A DNA stretch of 64,000 nucleotides from Desulfobacteraceae bacterium (GTDB taxonomy: Bacteria; Desulfobacterota; Desulfobacteria; Desulfobacterales; UBA5852). Each line of letters begins with the position of its first letter. Position 1 is the first letter of the stretch. The position numbers were made by a program, and so were the translations under genes. This document shows positions 29,404 to 37,060 of this stretch, piece after piece. Location: assembly GCA_014237395.1 (NCBI GenBank), contig JABZFP010000041.1, positions 273,742-337,741 on the forward strand, read 5' to 3'. The notes beneath the pieces are model-generated. The model did no database searches. It was not told the DNA's origin and was given only the letters and a program-made list of their open reading frames with translations.

Positions 29404-29549
29404 AAGGGAATTCTCCTTTTTGTGGCTATCGCAGGATGTTCGTGATGGTCGGTGGTTGCATGTCTAAAGGGAATCGTCGAGCGCGTTATGCACCGGTCGT
29501 TGCGGTTTCCGCCGTTGTTTTCCCGGCCTGAGGTTCGCAACTTATATTT

Positions 29550-29581
29550 TTGAAAATAAAAAACCTCCCGTCAAAGGGAGG
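29550..29581 (-). terminator. Intrinsic terminator forming the expression platform of the SAM riboswitch.
   Basis: Minus strand reads CCUCCC-uuugac-GGGAGG-UUUUUUAUUUU. Confidence 0.7.
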
Positions 29582-29605
29582 TTCGATTCCATTGGTCGTA
29601 TCACC

Positions 29606-29695
29606 TCATGTTCCCCTTGCGGGCTGGATTTGGCACCTTGTGGATCAGGTTGCCGGGCGGTCGTCAGGCCAGTTCCCTATCGCCTCTCAACATGA
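29606..29695 (-). promoter_or_regulatory. SAM-I (S-box) riboswitch aptamer controlling metY-metX-metW.
   Basis: Minus strand reads UCAUGUU-GAGAGGCGAUAGGGAACUGGCCUGACGACCGCCCGGCAACCUGAUCCACAAGGUGCCAAAUCCAGCCCGCAAGGGG-AACAUGA. It contains the conserved AGGGA, CUGGCC, GGCAACC and GGUGCCAA.UCC blocks and a 7-bp P1 stem. Confidence 0.85.
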
Positions 29696-29811
29696 ATATG
29701 TTTCGAAGAAGGATAGGCGTTTTTAGGCGCCTGTCAAGTTTTACGAAACTGAAACATCGCTTCTTACGAGTCCATCACGTTTTAATCCTGTTGATGCGGC
29801 GGTATTGGCAG

Positions 29812-30354
29812 TCAGGACTTCACCATCAGGCGGGCCTGCATTTCCTTGACCAGTTCCTGGTGGCGGAAGTTGTCCGGCTCTTTTTCCAGGGCCTGCTGCC
29901 CCCAGTGCAGGGCGGCGGCGTAGTCGTTTTTCTGGCGGTAGTTTTCGGCGATGGCGTAGAGCAGGTGCTGAACCGGCGCCCGGCGATGCTGGGCGGGGAT
30001 GGCCAGCACCTTTTGGAAGTCCGCAATGGCGCGGTCCTGCTGGCCGGTCACCGACAGGCAGCTTCCCCGGCCGATCAGGCTTTCCTCGTCCCAGGGGTCG
30101 TTGGCCAGGGCCTGGGAGTAAAGAGCGATGGCATCCTTGTAGCGGCTTTCCACCTCGTTTATTTTCCCGAGATAGAAATAGGGGTTGTCGCCGTCGGGGT
30201 GGCGATAGGCCGGATCCAGATCGATCACCTTTTCCAGGGCGCGCACAGCACCCAGACCGTCCGGCTTTCGGAAACAGCGGCGGCCCTCCTCAAACAATGC
30301 GGCAATATCCTCGCCGGGGGGCGGTTGGGGGGTCATGATCAGGCTCCATGGCAA
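29812..30354 (-). CDS. TPR-repeat protein.
   Basis: Repeated A..Y..AL...P motifs, e.g. AIALYSQALANDPWD and AAALHWGQQALEKEPDN. Confidence 0.7.
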   Translation of the reverse strand: MPWSLIMTPQPPPGEDIAALFEEGRRCFRKPDGLGAVRALEKVIDLDPAYRHPDGDNPYFYLGKINEVESRYKDAIALYSQALANDPWDEESLIGRGSCLSVTGQQDRAIADFQKVLAIPAQHRRAPVQHLLYAIAENYRQKNDYAAALHWGQQALEKEPDNFRHQELVKEMQARLMVKS

Positions 30355-30570
30355 GAGGGGTGTTTGCAGAAATCCAACGGCATGACCCTACTGGATTTGG
30401 CCGATCAAGTCCAATTGTTTTCGGTTCGGAGGCCGGCCTGACGGTCTTGGTTGTTCAAACCCCTAAAGAATAAGAAGAAACGGTCGATAGCATTAAAGAA
30501 AGCATATGGAAATTTTTTCAATGGTCGCCGCTAAAGGACTGCTGCGGACATCAACCGTCGTCAATAAAAA

Positions 30571-33396
30571 ATGTCGCTATCCATGATTCTTGAACTCTCA
30601 ATGCTGCCCATGGTCGCCTCGCTGACTGTCGCGGCACTCTGTCTGACCTTCGGTTTGTTTCAGACCGTGGTCGCGCTGAAACGACCGGAATTCGCCTGGA
30701 ATAAATGGGGGGCTGGCCTGTCTTTCCTTACGGCCATTTATTCGGTGGCGATTTTTTGTCAGCACAATCTCACCGAAGTCCCGGCCAATGTAATTTGTGA
30801 AAAGGTTCAATACTCCGTTTTTATTCTGCTGGTGCACGCCCTGTTCGGTTTTACCACGGCTTTCCTTGCGATCGACAGCCGCCGCCAACATCGTCTTCTG
30901 CTGGTCTGGCACGCGAGTTTGCTGGGCCTGCTGTGGTCTACCCGGCTCATTGTAAGCGACACCTTCGTGATCCGTCATCACCTCTGGATCGACACGCCCT
31001 ATATTGAACCGGCCTTGGGGATGCTGGGGATTGTCTACCTGCTATACGCGTTCGGCATGGCTCTGGCCGTATTGGCCATCTGGCTCCAGCCGCGGTATCG
31101 TCATCGTCCCGGCCGTAATGGGTTCATTGTGAGTTTTCTGGTCTGGAGCCTTTTGGGTCTTCATGACATTCTTGGCACCATCGGCATCCCGGTGGGCCAG
31201 TTTCTCATGGAATTCGGATTCCTGGGCTTCAGTCTGACGATCATCTGGCTGTCAACGCAAAAGTATCTGGAAATGTATCAGCAGGTGGAAAACAGCCAAA
31301 AAGCGCTGAAAATGGCCGAGAAAAACCTCAAACAACGGGTTCGCGAGCGTACGGAGGAAATCACCCAGTCAAACCTTGAACTCAAGGCGGAAATCAGTGA
31401 TCGCAAACGGGTGGAAAAGACGTTGCGCGAGAGCGATAAGACGTTCCGTGCGCTGATTGCCAATATTTCCGATGTTATTGTAATTTTGGATGCCCAGGGG
31501 ATCATTCGTTATGAGAGTCCCAGCATCACACGCCATTTCGGCTGGGTCCCGAAAGAACTGGTGGGGACCCACAGCTGCGATTTGGTGCATCCGGGCGAAC
31601 GGGCGCGTATCCAGCGGCAGATGGACCGTCTGCTGCGCACCCCGGGTAAGACGCTGACCATCTGCTGCCGTTATCGCGCAAAAGACCAAACCTACCGCCA
31701 CATCGAGTTGATGGCTGCCAACATGCTCGACAAAAAAGGCATCAACGGCATCCTTGTGAATTTTCGTGATATTTCGGATCGGGTGGATGGCGAACGCGCC
31801 CTCAAGGCCAGTGAACAGCGCCTCCGCAAGGCGCAGGCCATGGCGCATGTCGGCCATTGGGAATTCGATCCGGCAACGCAATCCGTTCGCGGTTCCGAGG
31901 AGTGGTTCCGGATGTACGGTCTCGACCGGACAACTCCGGTTGTTCCTCTGGGAAACGTTCGCACCCTCATTGTGGAAGAAGACCGTCCCCGGGCGCAACA
32001 GGCCCTCGATGAGCTGCTCCATCAAAATACGGACTATGATGTTGTCTTAAGGATTCGGCGCGGTGACGACAACCAGCTGGTATGGCTGCATTCCAAAGCC
32101 GAACTGGTGTTCAGGGGGGATGGGCACGAACCGCTGGTTTCAGGCGTGGTCCAGGATATTACCGCGTCCAAGCGGGCGGAGGAAGAAAAGACACGGCTCG
32201 AAAATCAGCTTCGCCAGGCCCAAAAAATGGAATCCATCGGCACCCTGGCGGGTGGCATCGCCCACGATTTCAACAACATCTTGTCGCCCATTATCGGCTT
32301 CACCGAAATGACGCTCACGGAACTGCCTGAAAACAGCCAGCCCCGCGCCAATCTGGAAGAAGTGCTCACGGCCGCCCATCGCGCCAAAGAAATGGTGCGT
32401 CATATTCTGACGTTCAGCCGGCAGGACACCCAGGAAATGAAGCCGATGCGAATCCGGCCCGTGGTGCAGGAATCCATGAAACTCCTGCGTTCCTCGCTGC
32501 CGTCCACCATCGACATTCAGGTGCAGTTGGATGAGGAAACCGGCTCGGTGATGGGAGACTCCACCCAGATTCATCAGTTGGTGGTCAATTTATGCACCAA
32601 CGCCTATCAGGCCATGCGCGAGGGCGGTGGTCGGCTGGACGTCACACTGGCGGAGACCACCTTTGACCTGACCACGAAAGCCCCCTGCCGGGACATGCTG
32701 CCCGGCACCTATGTTTGTCTGAGCGTCAAGGACACCGGTCACGGTATCGATCAGGCCATCATTGACCGCATCTTCGAGCCTTATTTTACGACCAAGGGGC
32801 CGGCCGAAGGAACGGGTATGGGCTTGTCCATGGTGCACGGCATCGTCAAAAGCCACCATGGGCATATCGAGGTTGCCAGCACACTGGGTGTCGGCACCAC
32901 CTTCCGTGTTTACATTCCCCGGATGGCCAGTGTGCACGAGACGACGTTTGATGAAACCACCGAATGTGTCCCGGTGGGTCACGAACACATCCTGCTGGTG
33001 GACGATGAGCCCCAGCTACTGGCCATGCAAGAGCAGATTCTGGAGCGGCTGGGATACGCCGTTACCGCGATGCGACACAGCAAGGATGCGCTGGCGATGT
33101 TCCGGCAGGCGCCGGAATCCTTTGATTTGTTGATTACCGATCAGACCATGCCGCTGATGACGGGGGCCGAGTTGTCCGTCGAAGCCCTCAAGACGCGCCA
33201 TGATCTGCCGATCATTCTCTGCACCGGTTTCAGTGAGGCGCTTTCCCCGGAGGCGGCGGCCGACATCGGGATCCGGCACTATCTTCAGAAACCGGTACCG
33301 TTGAAAGCCCTGGCCCGCGCGGTCCGGCTGGCGTTGAATGACGCCCTGGATCAGAGCGAACCCCATCCCGTTGCCCAAGGTGTGATACTGCCATAA
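30571..33396 (+). CDS. Hybrid sensor histidine kinase: polytopic N-terminal sensor, PAS domains, HisKA, HATPase and a receiver.
   Basis: About 7 N-terminal TM helices. [12 protein letters not shown]-box. DTGHGI and GTGMGLS boxes. Receiver ILLVDDE...DLLITDQTMP. Confidence 0.85.
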   Translation: MSLSMILELSMLPMVASLTVAALCLTFGLFQTVVALKRPEFAWNKWGAGLSFLTAIYSVAIFCQHNLTEVPANVICEKVQYSVFILLVHALFGFTTAFLAIDSRRQHRLLLVWHASLLGLLWSTRLIVSDTFVIRHHLWIDTPYIEPALGMLGIVYLLYAFGMALAVLAIWLQPRYRHRPGRNGFIVSFLVWSLLGLHDILGTIGIPVGQFLMEFGFLGFSLTIIWLSTQKYLEMYQQVENSQKALKMAEKNLKQRVRERTEEITQSNLELKAEISDRKRVEKTLRESDKTFRALIANISDVIVILDAQGIIRYESPSITRHFGWVPKELVGTHSCDLVHPGERARIQRQMDRLLRTPGKTLTICCRYRAKDQTYRHIELMAANMLDKKGINGILVNFRDISDRVDGERALKASEQRLRKAQAMAHVGHWEFDPATQSVRGSEEWFRMYGLDRTTPVVPLGNVRTLIVEEDRPRAQQALDELLHQNTDYDVVLRIRRGDDNQLVWLHSKAELVFRGDGHEPLVSGVVQDITASKRAEEEKTRLENQLRQAQKMESIGTLAGGIAHDFNNILSPIIGFTEMTLTELPENSQPRANLEEVLTAAHRAKEMVRHILTFSRQDTQEMKPMRIRPVVQESMKLLRSSLPSTIDIQVQLDEETGSVMGDSTQIHQLVVNLCTNAYQAMREGGGRLDVTLAETTFDLTTKAPCRDMLPGTYVCLSVKDTGHGIDQAIIDRIFEPYFTTKGPAEGTGMGLSMVHGIVKSHHGHIEVASTLGVGTTFRVYIPRMASVHETTFDETTECVPVGHEHILLVDDEPQLLAMQEQILERLGYAVTAMRHSKDALAMFRQAPESFDLLITDQTMPLMTGAELSVEALKTRHDLPIILCTGFSEALSPEAAADIGIRHYLQKPVPLKALARAVRLALNDALDQSEPHPVAQGVILP

Positions 33397-33473
33397 CCTT
33401 GTCCCCTTTTTTTAAAACGCGCTAAGTGAATTGGCCGCGGTTGGCACACGTTGCGCAACGGTGTCGATGCGGT

Positions 33474-33878
33474 TTACGGGAAATTGCGCGTTTGTTGACC
33501 GGTGCCGACGATGACGCCGGCCGCGTCGATCGCCTTGACCGTAAACTGGTAGCGATGGGAGCCGCTGGGCGGACAGGGACCGTTGTACCCGTCTTGCAGG
33601 GCCCCGGCGGGAATCACGTCCGATCCATCGTAGGCCACGGTGCCGCCGCCATGGTTCCAGGTCGGCACGTCGCGGTCCTTGAGTTTGATCTGCAGCGTTT
33701 TGGTGGCTGCAGGTATGTTTTTTACCCGAATGACCGGCGACTGGCTTGAGCACCGATCCGATGCCTGCCAGGCGAAGTCGACGGACAGTTCCACGGCATC
33801 CGGGCTTACCTGGGCGGTGGCGCATCCGAATAACAGCAATGCTGCTCCTGCCACCAACCGTAACACATGGTTGTTCAT
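33474..33878 (-). CDS. YbhB/YbcL-family (PEBP / Raf-kinase-inhibitor-like) lipoprotein.
   Basis: Lipobox LLFGC. PEBP signature GPCPPSGSHRYQFTV. Confidence 0.8.
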   Translation of the reverse strand: MNNHVLRLVAGAALLLFGCATAQVSPDAVELSVDFAWQASDRCSSQSPVIRVKNIPAATKTLQIKLKDRDVPTWNHGGGTVAYDGSDVIPAGALQDGYNGPCPPSGSHRYQFTVKAIDAAGVIVGTGQQTRNFP

Positions 33879-34082
33879 CCCGTTTCTCCTTTTACGGTCA
33901 TGTCGCGTTGGACGTTATCAGGGCCGGTCAATGGCAACCGCCATGTGCGCGCCGTGGGGCCGTCCTTGTCCGATCCCGTCACCCTATCCTTCAATACCAC
34001 AGATTGTCCTTCCCACAAACGCGATGCCTGGCACGGTAAACCAACACGGCCTTACATGCTATACGTTATATTTACATTTATA

Positions 34083-34112
34083 TTGACATTTGTAGTCGGG
34101 GGATTCTATGGT
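34083..34112 (+). promoter_or_regulatory. Candidate sigma-70 promoter of lexA.
   Basis: TTGACA (34083-34088), 18-nt spacer, TATGGT (34107-34112). An AT-rich UP-like tract lies upstream. Confidence 0.35.
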
Positions 34113-34148
34113 TTCGATCAACAAGCTCGATCTACCGGAAGGAATGCC

Positions 34149-34781
34149 ATGCGACCGGACATTACCGTAAAGCAGCAGCGCCTGCTGGATTATTTGGAAC
34201 AACACATCAACGATTGCGGACGTGTACCCAGCCTGCGCGAGGCCGCCGCGGATATCGGCGTCAGTCACGCGGCCGTGGCCCAGACCCTCAAGGCCCTGGA
34301 GCAGAAAGGCGTCGTGCGGCGCGATGGCCGCTACAGCCGCAACCTGCTGTTGTTGAACCGGGCGCAGGAACCCATCGCCGGTCAACGGTGGCGGGAGGTG
34401 CCCCTGATCGGTCGTGTTACGGCCGGGCGGCCCATGTATGCGCAGGAGGAATGGGATGGCAGTGTGGTGATCGATGCGGCCTTATTTCCGGGGGGCGACC
34501 TGTTTGCCTTGCGGGTGAAAGGAGATTCCATGCGGGATGCGGCCATTCTGGACGGCGATATCGCCATTTGTGAGCCCCGGCAGTACGCGGCGAACGGCGA
34601 AATTGTGGTGGCGCTGATCCATCAGGAAGAGGCCACGGTCAAGCGGTTTTTTCTGTTTGCGGATCACATTGAACTGCGCCCGGAAAACAAGGCTTATCCG
34701 GTGCTGCGTTACACCTTCGGCGACGTCCTGGTGCAGGGCAAGGTTGTCGGGTTGCAGCGTGGCCCCGAGACGGTTCAATGA
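34149..34781 (+). CDS. lexA: LexA repressor (S24 peptidase).
   Basis: wHTH: LREAAADIGVSHAAVAQTLKALEQKG. Ala-Gly cleavage site in VTAGRP. Catalytic Ser in VKGDSM and Lys in EATVKRF. ATG at 34149 follows GGAAGGA. Confidence 0.9.
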   Translation: MRPDITVKQQRLLDYLEQHINDCGRVPSLREAAADIGVSHAAVAQTLKALEQKGVVRRDGRYSRNLLLLNRAQEPIAGQRWREVPLIGRVTAGRPMYAQEEWDGSVVIDAALFPGGDLFALRVKGDSMRDAAILDGDIAICEPRQYAANGEIVVALIHQEEATVKRFFLFADHIELRPENKAYPVLRYTFGDVLVQGKVVGLQRGPETVQ

Positions 34782-34863
34782 CCCGGCGTGATGCACATCG
34801 GCGCATGCCACGATGCCGCTCACGGTCGTCCAGCGGTGGGGGATGATGATGGGGATGGACGTC

Positions 34864-35727
34864 ATGCCGCCATTGGAACCTGATGGTATCAGCCGTGTGA
34901 GGGTGGGCACCAGCGGCTATTCCTATCCGGAGTGGGTGGATGCCGGTTTTTACCCGGCCGGCACCCGCTCGGGGCGGATGCTGCCGCTTTACGCCCAGCA
35001 GTTTTCCGCGGCCGAACTCAACTATACCTGGTACCAGATGCCGAAAGCCGTGGCGATCGACCGCATGCGGCGTCAAGTGCCGCCGCATTTTCGTTTCGCC
35101 GTGAAACTGACGCGCACCATGACCCACGAGGTGGATCGCGACCAGTGGCGCGGACAGGTGGCCCGCTACCGGGACGGTGTGGCGCCGTTGGCCTTGGCAG
35201 GGCAGCTGGCCGCGGTGTTGCTGCAGCTGCCGGCATCGTTCGAGCGGACGCGACCGCGCCGCCATTATCTGGCCGCACTGCTGGAGGAGCTTGCTGAGCT
35301 GCCCCTGGCGGTGGAGTTTCGCCACGTGTCATGGGCCACGGACCGCGTGTTTGCCGAGCTGGAAAACCGTCGGGTGGCCTTGGTGGCGGTGGATGCGCCG
35401 GCCCTGCCGTATCTTTTCCCTCCGTTGGATGTGGTGACCAGTCCGGATCTTTTTTATGTCCGTTTTCACGGTCGCAACCTGGCCGGCTGGCGCTCGGGCA
35501 ACATGCAACAGCAGTTTGACTATGCTTACGGCGCAGCGGAACTGCATGAATGGGCCGAGACGCGCATCGCCGCCATGGCCAGCCGTTCCCGTCGCGGCCT
35601 GGTGTTCTTTAATAACCATGTCCGGGCCCAGGCGCCGGCCAACGCCCGGCAGTTGATGGCCATGTTGGCCAAGCAGGGCCTGCCGGAGGATGCGTCGTGG
35701 AGCGACATGTCATCCACATCAACGTAG
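34864..35727 (+). CDS. DUF72 (YecE-like) family protein.
   Basis: VGTSGYSYPEWVDAGFYP, LYAQQFSAAELNYTWY, FRFAVKLTRTMTHE, AVEFRHVSW, YVRFHGRN are the conserved DUF72 blocks. The likely start is ATG at 34864; the ORF opens at 34813. Confidence 0.85.
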   Translation: MPPLEPDGISRVRVGTSGYSYPEWVDAGFYPAGTRSGRMLPLYAQQFSAAELNYTWYQMPKAVAIDRMRRQVPPHFRFAVKLTRTMTHEVDRDQWRGQVARYRDGVAPLALAGQLAAVLLQLPASFERTRPRRHYLAALLEELAELPLAVEFRHVSWATDRVFAELENRRVALVAVDAPALPYLFPPLDVVTSPDLFYVRFHGRNLAGWRSGNMQQQFDYAYGAAELHEWAETRIAAMASRSRRGLVFFNNHVRAQAPANARQLMAMLAKQGLPEDASWSDMSSTST

Positions 35728-36869
35728 CGGATTTCGCCGTGGCGGTGGAACGCGCCATGGATCGTCGCCTGCGGGAACGCCCGGTCGTCATTGCACCCGA
35801 CGGGGTTTCCCGGGCCGTGGTGTACGACATGAGTGAGGAGGCCTATCAGGCCGGCGTGCGGAAGGGCATGGCCCTGCGCCGGGCGGTGCGGTTGTGCCCG
35901 GACGTGCGGATCCTGCCGCCCCACCCGGAACGCTATGAACAGGTGATGCAGGCCCTGGTGCGGCAGGCGCTGCCCTATTCGCCGCTGATCGAGCCGGGCG
36001 AGGCGGACGGCCACCTGTTCGTGGATGTCACCGGCACCAGCCGCCTTTTCGGGCCGCCGGTGGATGTGGCCTGGCGTCTGCGTCGTCAGGCCCGGGCCGA
36101 GTTGAGCCTGGCACCGGGTTGGGCTGTGGCGCCCAACAAGCTTGTGGCCAAAGTCGCCACCCGCCTGGTGAAGCCTGACGGTGACGCCATCGTTCGTGCC
36201 GGGGATGAGGCCCAGTTCCTGGTGCCGGTTCCCCTGCACCTGGTGCCGGGCATCGACCATCGGGATCTGGTGCGGCTGGCGGGCTTCAATTTACGGCAGG
36301 CGGGCCAGGTCGCATCCCTGAGCCTGGATGCGCTGCAAGCACCGTTCGGCCGCCGGGCCCTCCACTTGTTTGAAGCGGTGCGAGGCATCGACCGTTCGCC
36401 GGTCCGGCCCGTGGGTCACCAACCGCCCCGGGTGGTGACGACGCACACATTCGAGGAGGATGCCCACGCGGTGCCGATGGTGGAGGGTGCCCTTTACGGT
36501 CTGGTGGAAAAAACGGGACAGGCGTTGCGTCAGCAGTCCCTGGCGGCGGGGCGGGTGATTGTTACAGTGGACTTTTCCGACGGGTTGCGCGGTGCTCGCC
36601 AACGGTCGCTGCGACCGGCCACGGCGAACGACATGGCCCTGTTCGCAACGGCCCGGTCCGTGCTCCATATGGCCTGGCGGCGACGGGTGCGGGTCCGTCA
36701 CCTGCGCCTGATGTGTGATCGCCTGACCTTTCCCCCGGCGCAGCGGGAACTGTTCCCGGCGGCGGCGGATGCGGATCGCCGGCCAACGCGTTTGGTATCT
36801 GCCCTGGACCGGATCCGGCAGCGTTTCGGCGCAGATGCGATAAAGGTCGGCCGCACCCTGGCGGCCTGA
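35697..36869 (+). CDS. imuB: ImuB-like Y-family DNA polymerase homolog, predicted to be catalytically inactive.
   Basis: The Y-family N-terminus reads VIHINVADFAVAVE where DinB has IIHVDMDCFFAAVE. IEPGEADGHLFVDVT stands where DinB has IEPLSLDEAYLDVT. GTG start at 35697 with GGAGGA 6 nt upstream, overlapping DUF72 by 31 nt. Confidence 0.75.
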   Translation: MERHVIHINVADFAVAVERAMDRRLRERPVVIAPDGVSRAVVYDMSEEAYQAGVRKGMALRRAVRLCPDVRILPPHPERYEQVMQALVRQALPYSPLIEPGEADGHLFVDVTGTSRLFGPPVDVAWRLRRQARAELSLAPGWAVAPNKLVAKVATRLVKPDGDAIVRAGDEAQFLVPVPLHLVPGIDHRDLVRLAGFNLRQAGQVASLSLDALQAPFGRRALHLFEAVRGIDRSPVRPVGHQPPRVVTTHTFEEDAHAVPMVEGALYGLVEKTGQALRQQSLAAGRVIVTVDFSDGLRGARQRSLRPATANDMALFATARSVLHMAWRRRVRVRHLRLMCDRLTFPPAQRELFPAAADADRRPTRLVSALDRIRQRFGADAIKVGRTLAA

Positions 36870-37012
36870 TCCCACGCGTTTCCAGCGGTTATTTTGCGCA
36901 ATCTCGGCGTCAGAAAGCAATTTTAATCCTCGACATACGTGAGTATGCTTGCGGTTAAAATTGCTTTCTTCCTTGACCTTGCTCAAAATCCCTCGCCGGA
37001 AACGCGTGGGAT
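36869..37012. repeat. 144-nt nested imperfect inverted repeat between imuB and dnaE2.
   Basis: Outer 15-bp arms 36869-36883 / 36998-37012 (ATCCCACGCGTTTCC / GGAAACGCGTGGGAT). Middle arms ATTTTGCGCAA / TTGCTCAAAAT with 1 mismatch. Inner 15-bp arms 36912-36926 / 36955-36969 (AGAAAGCAATTTTAA / TTAAAATTGCTTTCT). Apex CATAC-gtga-GTATG. Confidence 0.85.
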
Positions 37013-37060
37013 ACGATTCTGAAAATCAACGTTATCTTTTGAAAAGGTTTTCCTGCCGGT

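Noticed and set aside
29576-29592. A tRNA T-arm-like string, GGGAGGTTCGATTCC, on the plus strand.
   Set aside because: There is no acceptor, D or anticodon arm around it. It is the complement of the SAM-riboswitch terminator and linker on the minus strand.
33442-33457. TGGCACACGTTGCGCA with sigma-54-like spacing, plus the 12-bp palindrome CGTTGCGCAACG.
   Set aside because: It lies in the 77-nt gap between two convergent gene ends (33396 plus, 33474 minus), so it has nothing to drive. The -12 element is poor (GCGCA).
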